A stretch of DNA of 41,537 nt. Origin: a virus. Location of the stretch: positions 1 through 41,537 of the IMG/VR virus record IMGVR_UViG_3300049010_000004. One strand, given 5' to 3'. Below the pieces are notes generated by a model. That model ran no database searches and was not told the DNA's origin. It worked only from the letters and a program-made list of their open reading frames with translations. Positions 23,637-32,725 of this stretch are shown here, in pieces. Position 1 is the first letter of the stretch. Each line of letters begins with the position of its first letter. Both the position numbers and the translations under genes were made by a program.

Positions 23637-24464
23637 ATGGGCAAGGACAGCGGGAAAAGTACCCAAAGCCAGTCTACAACTGTTACCCCTTGGGCTGGGG
23701 TGCAGCCTGACATTACGAACTACCTGAACCGTGCTCGCGCTCAATCCAATGTGCCGTTCCAGTTCAATCAAGGCGACCAGATCGCCCCGTTAAGCCCAGA
23801 ACAGCAATACGGCTTATCCGGCACTACTCAACGTGCGATTCAAGGCTCTCCCAATAATCTCGCGGCACAGGGCAATAACTTCAACACCCTGACTGGCGCG
23901 TATATGTCGCCTGACAGCAATCCTTGGCTGAAGCAGAACGTCGATACTGCATTGGGTGATGTGCAATCCCGCGTCAATTCACAGTTCAACAATAACAACT
24001 TCGGTTCCAGCGCGCATCAAGAGACATTGACCCGAAATCTAGGCCAAACCGCTGCTGGCATGTACGGCAGTAACTACGATCAGGAACGCGGTCGTCAGAT
24101 GCAGGCAAGCGCTCTCGCACCTACGCTGGCAGAGACCGATTACCGCGACCTGCAAGCGCTTACGGGTGTGGGTGATGTGCGCCGTGGCTTGGCTCAAGAC
24201 TATCTCAATCAGGCTAATGGCCTGTTCAACAACGCTACTGGCTACAACCAGCAACGTCTTGATAACTACGGTCGTGCGGTAGGGCTAGGCATGGGTGTCG
24301 GCTCCAATCAAACCTCGACCAGCCCTAATCCATATCAATCAAGCCCTATTGCAGGTGCTATCGGTGGCGGGCTAGCAGGGTATTCGCTCGGCTCTCAAAT
24401 CGGTGCGATTGGTGGCCCTTGGGGCGCAGTAGGCGGTGCTGTTCTTGGCGGTCTTTTAGGTTAA
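23637..24464 (+). CDS. Internal virion/ejection protein candidate with glycine-zipper C-terminus
   Basis: 275 aa, Q/N-rich. C-terminus 'AIGGGLAGYSLGSQIGAIGGPWGAVGGAVLGGLLG'. Confidence 0.45.
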   Translation: MGKDSGKSTQSQSTTVTPWAGVQPDITNYLNRARAQSNVPFQFNQGDQIAPLSPEQQYGLSGTTQRAIQGSPNNLAAQGNNFNTLTGAYMSPDSNPWLKQNVDTALGDVQSRVNSQFNNNNFGSSAHQETLTRNLGQTAAGMYGSNYDQERGRQMQASALAPTLAETDYRDLQALTGVGDVRRGLAQDYLNQANGLFNNATGYNQQRLDNYGRAVGLGMGVGSNQTSTSPNPYQSSPIAGAIGGGLAGYSLGSQIGAIGGPWGAVGGAVLGGLLG

Positions 24465-24474
24465 GGAAAATATT

Positions 24475-24885
24475 ATGTCTCTCATTCCTCAGCAACGTGT
24501 CAGTTACTTTAACAACACACCATACATCGACAACCGCCCTGACTGGTCTAATTCTGCGTTCTCGCAATTGGGCGCTATGGCTAACCGTGTCACTGACCAG
24601 AACATGCCTTGGCTGCTGAAACAAAAACAGTTGATCCCGCTACAGCCACAACAACCTGCTATGCAGCAACCACAGCAAGGTGCTGGAAACGGCACGATGA
24701 CTGGCAAACTCCCAGATATGTACAACCGTCTCACCATGCAAGCCAATGATGCTTTGTACGGTGGGATCTTGGGCTATCAGCCAAAACCTATCACTTCGCC
24801 TACTGGCAACCAATACCAGCCGCCTGCCAATCAAGGCTTCCAGTTCCCATTCGGACTCTTAAGCCGTAATTTCATGGGGCAATAA
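24475..24885 (+). CDS. Q/P-rich internal virion protein candidate
   Basis: 136 aa, 'LQPQQPAMQQPQQG'. Confidence 0.45.
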   Translation: MSLIPQQRVSYFNNTPYIDNRPDWSNSAFSQLGAMANRVTDQNMPWLLKQKQLIPLQPQQPAMQQPQQGAGNGTMTGKLPDMYNRLTMQANDALYGGILGYQPKPITSPTGNQYQPPANQGFQFPFGLLSRNFMGQ

Positions 24886-24886
24886 C

Positions 24887-26074
24887 ATGGCATATCCAAT
24901 CTACGGAACGCCTGGCATCCTGCCGTCTCAAGGGCAAGGTGGCGGCATGGGTGGCGGATTAGAAGGTCTATTGGGCGGCGGTAATCCACTTTTCAACATG
25001 GGCCTCGGCATCCTTGCGAACAACTACGGCAACTATGGCAATGCAGGCGTAGCTATCGGTCGTGGCGCTCAGCAAGGCGTGCAACAAACTCAACAATTTC
25101 GCCAACTGCAAAACCAGAACAAGATTGCAGACTTGAACGTGCAAAAGGCGCAGATGGATCTAACTGCCGCACAACGCGCAGAAAAGGCCCGTCAGGATGC
25201 GATTGCCGCACTAACTGGCACAAAGGTGGCAATGGGGCCAATGAAAGACCCTAATGAAGCTTTTAAAGTGCCTAACCTAGACCAAGCACTGATGCAGCTT
25301 GATCCAGATGGTTATATCAAGAGCAAGATGAAGTCCAAAGACCCAATCAAGCTAGGTAAGGGCGATGCACTATATGACCCAACCACCTACAAGCCGCTGA
25401 TTACTCCGGTAGCAGATCCTGCTGAAGCACCAAAGACCAGAACCGTTCGCATCGGCACACAGGAAGTAACCCAAGAGTGGGATGCTTCTAATGGCAAGTG
25501 GAACGAAGTAGGCCGTGGCGCTGCGTTCAAGATGACGCCTGATGTTGTGAATAACAACTCTATCGGGTTCCCTAAAGAGACGTTCAAGAACGAGCGCGAC
25601 TTGCGTAACGACTTCCAGGGCTTGCCAACCACCAAGGCTTTCAAGGAAGTACAGAACTCCTACGACCAAATTACCACTGCACTGAATAACCCTAGTGCAG
25701 CAAATGACCTTGCAGCAGCAACCAAGTTCATGAAACTGCTTGATCCAGGTTCCGTGGTTCGTGAGTCTGAATTGGGCATGGCGATGGCAGCTACAGGTCA
25801 ACTAGACCGCATGTCTAACTACTACAACATGCTGAAGACGGGTCAAAAGCTCACGCCTCAACAACGCGAAGACTTCAAGGCATCCGCCGAGCAGTTGTAT
25901 GGTGCGGCTACCAATCGCTACAACGAGACTGCTAATGAATACCGTAATCTTGCTCAAGAGTACGAACTCAGCCCTGAACGTATCGCTAAGCCTGTAGCTA
26001 CTAGCAAGCCACAATCGGCATCGCCAGCAGGCAAGGTTCGTCGCTACAACCCAAAGACCGGAAAGATTGAATAA
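24887..26074 (+). CDS. Internal virion/ejection protein candidate
   Basis: 395 aa; Gly-rich N-terminus and coiled-coil region. Confidence 0.45.
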   Translation: MAYPIYGTPGILPSQGQGGGMGGGLEGLLGGGNPLFNMGLGILANNYGNYGNAGVAIGRGAQQGVQQTQQFRQLQNQNKIADLNVQKAQMDLTAAQRAEKARQDAIAALTGTKVAMGPMKDPNEAFKVPNLDQALMQLDPDGYIKSKMKSKDPIKLGKGDALYDPTTYKPLITPVADPAEAPKTRTVRIGTQEVTQEWDASNGKWNEVGRGAAFKMTPDVVNNNSIGFPKETFKNERDLRNDFQGLPTTKAFKEVQNSYDQITTALNNPSAANDLAAATKFMKLLDPGSVVRESELGMAMAATGQLDRMSNYYNMLKTGQKLTPQQREDFKASAEQLYGAATNRYNETANEYRNLAQEYELSPERIAKPVATSKPQSASPAGKVRRYNPKTGKIE

Positions 26075-27750
26075 TGGCTCAGCAGATTGAGGTTCCTAAT
26101 TTCGGTGTGGTCGAGTTCCCAGATGACATGACCGATGCACAAATCACCGCCGCAATCAAAAAGAACTCTCTCAGCTACAAAGCCCCAACTCGCGCAGAAA
26201 AAGTGACCAAGGGCATGCGTGACCCTATCGACGCGGGCGCTCAACTTCTCACCAACATCCTGCCAGAGCCTGTGGTAAACGCTGGCAACCAGCTTAATAA
26301 TTTCATCGCAGATAAGACTGGCCTTTTGGGCCGATTGCCTGAAGGTGGCGTTAACCAGCAAATCACGGAACAGGAACAGGCGTATCAGGCACAGCGTCAA
26401 GCTGGCGGGGAAGAGGGTTTTGATGGCTATCGCTTACTTGGCAATATCGCATCCCCTGCAAACCTGGCTATCGCATCTCGATTGCCTGTAGCCCCTAGCC
26501 TTGCCAAGAGTGCAGCAGCAGGGGCTGGCATTAATGTCCTGTCTCAGCCTGTTGTTGGGGTAGGTGAAGGCTCTAATTATGCGGAAGAAAAAGGCAAACA
26601 GGCGTTAGTAGGCGGTATTGCTGGCCCTGTGGGGGACAAGATTGCTCGTGGCGTATCTCGCATCATTAGCCCAAACGCATCCACTAATCAAGCATTGCAG
26701 ACCTTGCGAAGTGAAGGGGTAAATCCAACCATCGGGCAGACCTTGGGCGGTCGGTTCAGCCAGCTTGAGCAGAAACTGGCTAGTTACCCTCTAGTTGGTG
26801 ATTTGATTGGGAAAGCGCGTGGTAATGCCAATATCCAGTTTGAACGTGCAGCTTATAACCGTGCGCTGAAGCCACTAGGCCAAACACTTCCAGAAGGATT
26901 GTCTGGTCGTCAGGCTTTGGAGTTCACCGAAACCACGCTGCGCGATAATTACGACAACGTGCTGAACAGTATCGGTGCTGTTGTTCCAGATAAGCAGTTC
27001 AACTCCAAGGTATCTAGCCTGAGTAATCTTGTGAATGGCATGAGGGTTCCGGCAGACAAGAAGATGGAGTATCAGGCTGTCTTAGACACTCTGGATTCCG
27101 TCAAGGATGCTAATGGCGTTATCACTTCTCAAGGCTTCAAGGATCTGGAAAGCGAACTTGGCAAGATTGCATCCAACCTTGGCGCATCAAAAAACATCTT
27201 CGACAATCGCGTTGGCCCAGCAGTTAAGCAAGTCCAGCAAGAGCTTAGAGACATGCTGCAACGTCAAGCAGGGCCATTAGCCAAGGATCTACAAAAGACT
27301 AATCAGGCGTATTCTCAATTCAAACGCATCCAACGTGCGGCTAGTTCTGTAGGCGCTGTCGATGGAAACTTTACCCCATCACAACTTCAAAGCGCTGTAA
27401 AAGCATTGGACAGGTCGAAGGATAAGGGCGCGTTCGCTCGCGGCAGTGCTCAGATGCAGGACTTGAGCGATGCAGGACGTTCGGTGTTGGGTGATAGTCT
27501 GCCTAACAGCGGGACTGCTGATCGACTTCTGTTAGGTGGTAGCGGCTTGGCTGCAATGATGGAGCCGAATATCGGTGTTCCGTTACTTGCTGGCGCTTCT
27601 CTTTACACTCAGCCAGGCCAGAGTCTTTTGAATAACCTTGTCACTCGCAGACCAGGCTTTGCCGCACCAACTGCCGAGTTTATACGGAACAACAGTAACT
27701 ACATACTGCCAGGCTCTGGCGCAGTGGGGATGGGTTTGCTTAATCAATAA
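26074..27750 (+). CDS. Large internal virion/ejection protein candidate
   Basis: 558 aa; TAATG overlap upstream; last gene before the opposite-strand insert. Confidence 0.45.
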   Translation: MAQQIEVPNFGVVEFPDDMTDAQITAAIKKNSLSYKAPTRAEKVTKGMRDPIDAGAQLLTNILPEPVVNAGNQLNNFIADKTGLLGRLPEGGVNQQITEQEQAYQAQRQAGGEEGFDGYRLLGNIASPANLAIASRLPVAPSLAKSAAAGAGINVLSQPVVGVGEGSNYAEEKGKQALVGGIAGPVGDKIARGVSRIISPNASTNQALQTLRSEGVNPTIGQTLGGRFSQLEQKLASYPLVGDLIGKARGNANIQFERAAYNRALKPLGQTLPEGLSGRQALEFTETTLRDNYDNVLNSIGAVVPDKQFNSKVSSLSNLVNGMRVPADKKMEYQAVLDTLDSVKDANGVITSQGFKDLESELGKIASNLGASKNIFDNRVGPAVKQVQQELRDMLQRQAGPLAKDLQKTNQAYSQFKRIQRAASSVGAVDGNFTPSQLQSAVKALDRSKDKGAFARGSAQMQDLSDAGRSVLGDSLPNSGTADRLLLGGSGLAAMMEPNIGVPLLAGASLYTQPGQSLLNNLVTRRPGFAAPTAEFIRNNSNYILPGSGAVGMGLLNQ

Positions 27751-27806
27751 GGCGACAAGAGGAGCGGACAAGGCAACTAATGCCCCTCTTATGATTTGGT
27801 CATCAG

Positions 27807-28154
27807 TCATTTAGTAATCAGATAAAGCGGTGGGATTGGGCTGTTGGTTGGCCCAATTGGCGTAATCATCGTTACAGATGTTCCACAGAACACGTAATCG
27901 CCATTATCTAGCTGGCAACGCAAATAATCCTTTGGCTGTCCTTGGCGACCCATCTTCTGGCGGGCTTGCAGATAACTGATCCAGCGCTTGCAATCCTGAG
28001 CGCGAGAATTTAGCTCTTTGGTTGCAGATTGATAGGTAGGAGTATCGAAAGTGTCAGCAGCCGTATAGCACAGATCCTCTTGGCTCATCTGCTTGGCTCT
28101 ATCTGGAGACAAGGCACAGCCTACAAGAAATAAACACAGTAACAAGTAATGCAT
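27807..28154 (-). CDS. Lipoprotein encoded on the opposite strand inside the structural operon (moron)
   Basis: Signal peptide plus lipobox 'MHYLLLCLFLVGC'. ATG 28154 with an AGGA RBS (the ORF-track TTG at 28160 is less likely). Four more Cys residues occur in the mature part. Confidence 0.7.
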   Translation of the reverse strand: MHYLLLCLFLVGCALSPDRAKQMSQEDLCYTAADTFDTPTYQSATKELNSRAQDCKRWISYLQARQKMGRQGQPKDYLRCQLDNGDYVFCGTSVTMITPIGPTNSPIPPLYLITK

Positions 28155-28181
28155 ATTCAATCCTAAGTGATTGAGATAACT

Positions 28182-28212
28182 AGCATAACACGATTTTTAA
28201 CCAATTAGTCAA
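28182..28212 (-). promoter_or_regulatory. Candidate own promoter of the moron lipoprotein
   Basis: On the minus strand: TTGACT (28212..28207), 19-nt spacer, TGtTATGCT extended -10 (ends at 28182). Confidence 0.35.
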
Positions 28213-28241
28213 CGACGTGATGTCGCCGCGAAAGGTAAATT

Positions 28242-29705
28242 ATGGCAGTTCCATCAGTAATGGCGGATTTGAGCACTACCGCCAACTCCAATTCTCCAGC
28301 AGGAACCGAATCTCCATCTAATGCTGATGACTTCCTGAGAGCGATTCAGGCCATTGTCCGCACCACTAATGCCAAGGGCGCAGATATTGCCTCTGCCACT
28401 ACGACTGATATTGGCGCAGCTACAGGGGAATTCGTCGATGTCACCGGAACCACGACCATTACAGGTCTTGGAACCGTAGCAGCAGGGATAGTTCGCACCG
28501 TCCGCTTCACTGGTGCTTTGACGCTTACCCACAACGCGACATCACTGATTCTCCCAGGTGCAGCAAACATCACAACGGCTGCTAATGACAGGGCAATCTT
28601 CCGCTCCCTTGGTTCTGGTAATTGGCTGTGTGTTGCTTATGTAAAGGCAAGCGGGGAAGCCGTAATTACCACGATCGCCAACGATTCCATCACGGCTGCA
28701 AAGCTGGCAGACTCTGCACTTGGGCCAGTGATGATAAATGGCTATATCACCGCCTCCGTCGCATCCAGTGCGCTTACGATTGCCGTCAAGACCAATGCTG
28801 GCACAGATCCATCTTCCACCGATCCTGTGCTTGTACTATTCAGGAATTCGACTGTCAGCAATGGATCATGGTCTGTTGTGTCAATCACTGCCGCCACTTC
28901 TGTGGTTGTATCGAATGGCTCAAGCCTTGGCTCCACTGCATCTGTAGCCGCAAAGCTCAATGTCCTATTGCTCAATAACGCAGGAACCGCTGAATTGGCG
29001 GTATGCAATGCGTATGGGTATAACGACCTTGACGAAGGCAACGTAATCTCTACCACGGCTGAAGGCGGGGCTGGCGCTGCTGATTCAGCATCCGTCATCT
29101 ACTCCACCACGGCCCGCTCCAATGTTGCTTTCCGCTATGTCGGTTATCTTGATGTAACCCCCGGCGCTTCCTTTGCTTGGTCTGCTGCACCAACGGTTAT
29201 TGCCAATGCTCGCGGCTCAAGTTCCAACAATATGGCGGGGATGCTATGTGCGCCAAAAACTGTCACATCTGGATCGTCTTCAACGTTCTCAGTGCCGTCC
29301 TGGGCAAAGAAAATCATTGCAACAATTACTGGCGTATCCACCAATGGCACTGCTGCAATGTATATCCGTCTTGGAGACGCAGGGGGCATTGAAAACACCA
29401 ATTATGACGGTGCAATTGCCACTTTTAACTCCGCATCCTCAGCATGCGCGAATATCTCCTCGGCATTTAACCTAACTGCGACATCGGTGGCGGCTGGCTC
29501 TTATTCTGGGCGCATGGAGCTTACGCTGCACAACCCTTATACAAATACATGGGTGGCAGAGGGAGGGTTGTCAAGATCCGATAGCACTACCTCATTCCTT
29601 TGTCGTGGTAGCAAATCACTATCTGCCCAGGTTACGACAATTGAGCTTGGCACATCTGACACTTTCGATGGAACTACTGGCGAGTGGAATGTTTACTTTG
29701 AATAA
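28242..29705 (+). CDS. Tail fibre / receptor-binding protein
   Basis: 487 aa. N-terminus 'DLSTTANSNSPAGTESPSNADDFLRAIQAIVR ... LTLTHNATSLILPGAANITTAANDRAIF' is a conserved podophage fibre anchor as I recall it. The remainder is S/T/A-rich. Confidence 0.65.
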   Translation: MAVPSVMADLSTTANSNSPAGTESPSNADDFLRAIQAIVRTTNAKGADIASATTTDIGAATGEFVDVTGTTTITGLGTVAAGIVRTVRFTGALTLTHNATSLILPGAANITTAANDRAIFRSLGSGNWLCVAYVKASGEAVITTIANDSITAAKLADSALGPVMINGYITASVASSALTIAVKTNAGTDPSSTDPVLVLFRNSTVSNGSWSVVSITAATSVVVSNGSSLGSTASVAAKLNVLLLNNAGTAELAVCNAYGYNDLDEGNVISTTAEGGAGAADSASVIYSTTARSNVAFRYVGYLDVTPGASFAWSAAPTVIANARGSSSNNMAGMLCAPKTVTSGSSSTFSVPSWAKKIIATITGVSTNGTAAMYIRLGDAGGIENTNYDGAIATFNSASSACANISSAFNLTATSVAAGSYSGRMELTLHNPYTNTWVAEGGLSRSDSTTSFLCRGSKSLSAQVTTIELGTSDTFDGTTGEWNVYFE

Positions 29706-29714
29706 GGAAAAACA

Positions 29715-30461
29715 ATGATTCGTATTTTTGCAGGCGTAGGTCAATCTAACATGGACGGTCGAGGACTTGTATCTGAGGCTCCGGTGTATGCAAATGCAAG
29801 CCGCATTTACAACTATGCTAAAGACAATGTTTTAAAGTTCGCAGTTGAACCTGTTACTGATTCATCTGGCTGTGTTTATACATGCATGAACGATGCCGAT
29901 TCTGCAATTAGCCCTCTAATGCCGTTTGCTGACAAAATGGCCGACTACTTCCCAAACGATACGATTGTTATCGTTCCTTGCTCCAAGGGATCTACCTTAA
30001 TCAGTTCGTGGCGCAGGCTTCCAACCAAGCTTAATTTGTATGGCGCAACGATGGCCAGGATTATGGAGGCTATCGCAGAAGCCAAGAATGAATGGCCGAA
30101 TGATGAAGTAAAGCTATGTGGAATGATTTTCTGGCAGGGTGAGGGTGATTCCACTACTTCGACCAATGCCACAACTTGGCGCGAGGATTTTGGTCATCTT
30201 GTCGGAGACATGAGAACGGATATTGGCGATGTGCAACTGCCTATCGTTTTCGCTCGGCTGAATAATCTGGCCCATCCAAATCACGCTTATTGGACAACGC
30301 TTAGAAACGCGATGACGGATATTTACATCCCAAGAGTGGCAATGGCGAACATCGACAGCCCCAACGTGCAATACAAGTCAGATGCCGTGCATTGCACTAC
30401 GGCAGGCTACGTCACTGCTGGCGAGATTTTCGCAGACAGGATGTACGAGCTTTTAGTATAG
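29715..30461 (+). CDS. SGNH/SASA-family carbohydrate O-acetylesterase-like protein
   Basis: 248 aa. 'FAGVGQSNMDGRG' (GQSNM block) and 'IFWQGEGD' are typical of sialate O-acetylesterase-like (DUF303) enzymes. Confidence 0.65.
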   Translation: MIRIFAGVGQSNMDGRGLVSEAPVYANASRIYNYAKDNVLKFAVEPVTDSSGCVYTCMNDADSAISPLMPFADKMADYFPNDTIVIVPCSKGSTLISSWRRLPTKLNLYGATMARIMEAIAEAKNEWPNDEVKLCGMIFWQGEGDSTTSTNATTWREDFGHLVGDMRTDIGDVQLPIVFARLNNLAHPNHAYWTTLRNAMTDIYIPRVAMANIDSPNVQYKSDAVHCTTAGYVTAGEIFADRMYELLV

Positions 30462-30723
30462 CTGCACTTCTTCCTTGTCCTCTTCGGACATGGGAGAGGT
30501 CACAAGCTTCCAATAAGCACGTAGAAGTGATTTCAAGTAATTAACCATACCTCAACAATACTCCAGAGAGAGCGACTAGGCAATGCGTCAACACTGCCTA
30601 GCCACCTTCACCCACAAACGTAACTTGTGAGCTTTAGCCAAGGCTCCCTTGCCACTAGCGGCGAGAGAATCCTAGCACATCCCGTAATGCTCACGCCTAT
30701 TTCTTAACCCGAAAGGCAGTCTG

Positions 30724-30894
30724 ATGCAGCATATCAACGAACCAACAAAAACAGTAATCGACGGCTTATCAGTTGCCACCGTGCTAGGGGCGCTAACTGC
30801 ATGGCTCCCCCCTATCGCTGCATTATTCACCATTATTTGGACTGCTATTCGCATCTGGGAAACGGACACGGTAAAGAAGTGGACGCGCAGATGA
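30724..30894 (+). CDS. Holin-like small membrane protein (56 aa, not in ORF track)
   Basis: 'MQHINEPTKTVIDGLSVATVLGALTAWLPPIAALFTIIWTAIRIWETDTVKKWTRR' has two hydrophobic segments and a basic C-terminus. ATGA overlap with the next ORF. Confidence 0.45.
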   Translation: MQHINEPTKTVIDGLSVATVLGALTAWLPPIAALFTIIWTAIRIWETDTVKKWTRR

Positions 30895-31097
30895 CCGATA
30901 AAGTGGTTCCAATTCGCAAGCCACCGCCAGAAAGCAAGCTGGTCTCTCTTTTCAACCGCATGTTGCACCAGAGAATCGAAGGCATCACGGTCGATTCCGA
31001 AGAAGTGATACTGGTTCTGGAAGACGGAACAAACGTCACTTTCTGGTCGGATGAGGATTTGAACATCACCTACATATTGCCGGAGATGGACGATTGA
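30891..31097 (+). CDS. Hypothetical protein (68 aa)
   Basis: ATG 30891 chosen over the longer ORF-track start because of the ATGA coupling. Confidence 0.5.
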   Translation: MTDKVVPIRKPPPESKLVSLFNRMLHQRIEGITVDSEEVILVLEDGTNVTFWSDEDLNITYILPEMDD

Positions 31098-31840
31098 AAA
31101 TCCTACTGCTGGATATAGAAACAGCCCCAAATCTGGTGCATGTATGGGGATTGTGGCAACAGAACGTGGGGCTTAACCAAATCATCGACAGTGGTTACGT
31201 GATGTGCTGGGCGGCTAAGTGGTACGGACAAGACGAAATCATGTTTGATTCAGTCCACAAATCAAAGCCTAAAGCCATGTTGCTCAGGATACACAAACTC
31301 CTAGAGGACGCAGACGCGGTAATCCACTACAACGGCACTAAATTCGACATACCAACCCTCAACAAAGAATTCCTGCTCTACGACCTCACCCCGCCAGCCC
31401 CATACAAGCAAATCGACCTTCTCCGTACTGCCCGCTCCCAATTCCGCTTCCCATCTAACAAGCTCGACTATGTAGCCAAATCCTTAAAGCTAGGAACCAA
31501 GGTCAAGCATGGCGGGCATGAGTTATGGATTCAATGTATGGCAAAGAGCAAAGAGGCATGGGCTGAGATGGAGGAATACAACAAACAAGACGTGTTCCTT
31601 CTGGAAAAGGTCTACGACAAGCTGAAGCCGTGGATCAAAGGCCATGCCAATCACGGCACATACGAAGACGGTCTGTGTTGCACGAACTGTGGATCTATCA
31701 ATTACAAACGCAGTGGATATGCGTATACCGCAGCGCATAAGTACCAGCGTTATTGCTGCAAGGATTGCGGGACGTGGTTCAGGGCAAGCCGTGTTGATAC
31801 TGCTGGTGAGCCTAAGAAATTCCTGAGTATCAACAACTAA
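31094..31840 (+). CDS. DEDD (RNase H-like, PolB-exo-like) 3'-5' exonuclease with C-terminal zinc ribbon
   Basis: 248 aa. 'LLLDIETAP' (ExoI), 'HYNGTKFDIPTL' (ExoII), 'YNKQDVFLLEKVY' (ExoIII) and 'CCTNCGS...CCKDCG'. Confidence 0.7.
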   Translation: MKILLLDIETAPNLVHVWGLWQQNVGLNQIIDSGYVMCWAAKWYGQDEIMFDSVHKSKPKAMLLRIHKLLEDADAVIHYNGTKFDIPTLNKEFLLYDLTPPAPYKQIDLLRTARSQFRFPSNKLDYVAKSLKLGTKVKHGGHELWIQCMAKSKEAWAEMEEYNKQDVFLLEKVYDKLKPWIKGHANHGTYEDGLCCTNCGSINYKRSGYAYTAAHKYQRYCCKDCGTWFRASRVDTAGEPKKFLSINN

Positions 31841-31851
31841 AGGAGTCATCC

Positions 31852-32190
31852 ATGAAGCCGATCCACGCCGCACTTGTTGCGGCTTTTTTGTTTTCTAGCA
31901 CCGCACAAGCTGAAGACAAGTTCCTGCACTACCAGTTCAACAAGCACACGGTAATCACTATATCTAACGTCAAGTGCCCGCTGAAGCCATTTGAAAAGTC
32001 CTATCCGTGGGCGGTCGTTGCTACCCGCGTTGACGGTGCAAGGCTTGTTGGATGCTTCAACAAGATGGACGAGAACTACATCAAGATTCAATGGCAGGAC
32101 ATTAACGGCGCGAAGGCTGACTTCACCGTCCTTCCGGCGAACGTCTTTCTGCCACAGCTTCCACCTAAGTATGTCGAGCCTGAATTGTAA
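31852..32190 (+). CDS. Secreted/periplasmic protein with signal peptide
   Basis: 'MKPIHAALVAAFLFSSTAQA-EDK'; RBS AAAGGAG. Confidence 0.65.
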   Translation: MKPIHAALVAAFLFSSTAQAEDKFLHYQFNKHTVITISNVKCPLKPFEKSYPWAVVATRVDGARLVGCFNKMDENYIKIQWQDINGAKADFTVLPANVFLPQLPPKYVEPEL

Positions 32191-32192
32191 TC

Positions 32193-32585
32193 ATGGACAC
32201 TGTAAAGAAACTTGCTCAGGCGTTACGACAAACGCCAATGGTTCCGCCCAGAACTACGCAGCTAGGCACGATGCTGGAACACCTTTATCAGAATTGGTCA
32301 GCACAGAACAACGTACCGCAAAGCAATGACTACGATATGCGCGGATTCTACCTTGGGCAGATATTCGGAGATCCAGCCGCAACTTCAGGCATGAATCCGG
32401 CAGATGGTCAGTTGCACTTCTCCGACAAGTGGAAGCTTCCAAATCATCCCAAGTTTTCAAATGAATCCATGTACTCCAGAGGATTGCTTGACCCTAGATG
32501 GGTAGAGAATCCAGCGCCTTATCGTGAAGGCACTTGGGGATTGCAAGGGCCACGCGGACTATTACAAGTGGAGATTCCAGAATGA
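32193..32585 (+). CDS. Hypothetical protein (130 aa)
   Basis: 'NDYDMRGFY...HFSDKWKLPNHPKFSNESMYS' looks like a recurrent phage motif of unknown role. Confidence 0.55.
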   Translation: MDTVKKLAQALRQTPMVPPRTTQLGTMLEHLYQNWSAQNNVPQSNDYDMRGFYLGQIFGDPAATSGMNPADGQLHFSDKWKLPNHPKFSNESMYSRGLLDPRWVENPAPYREGTWGLQGPRGLLQVEIPE

Positions 32586-32725
32586 AAGTAGACCTCTGCC
32601 AATCCTGCGGCTCTGCCTTTGATGCAGACGAGATTACCGATGGCTACTGCTACAACTGCTCTCCTGATTCTGGCGAAGAGGCACCAGAGCTAGACATGAG
32701 CCGCATAGTGACGGATTGCGAATGA
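32582..32725 (+). CDS. Small zinc-ribbon protein (47 aa)
   Basis: 'CQSCGS...CYNCS'; ATGA overlaps on both sides. Confidence 0.45.
   Translation: MKVDLCQSCGSAFDADEITDGYCYNCSPDSGEEAPELDMSRIVTDCE

Noticed and set aside
28242-29705. Diversity-generating retroelement acting on the tail fibre (as in BPP-1-like phages)
   Set aside because: There is no reverse transcriptase ORF anywhere in the window, and I saw no template/variable repeat pair near the fibre 3' end.
30672-31130. 152-aa minus-strand ORF
   Set aside because: It overlaps three coupled plus-strand ORFs (holin-like, 30891..31097 and the exonuclease start) and has no supporting signals.
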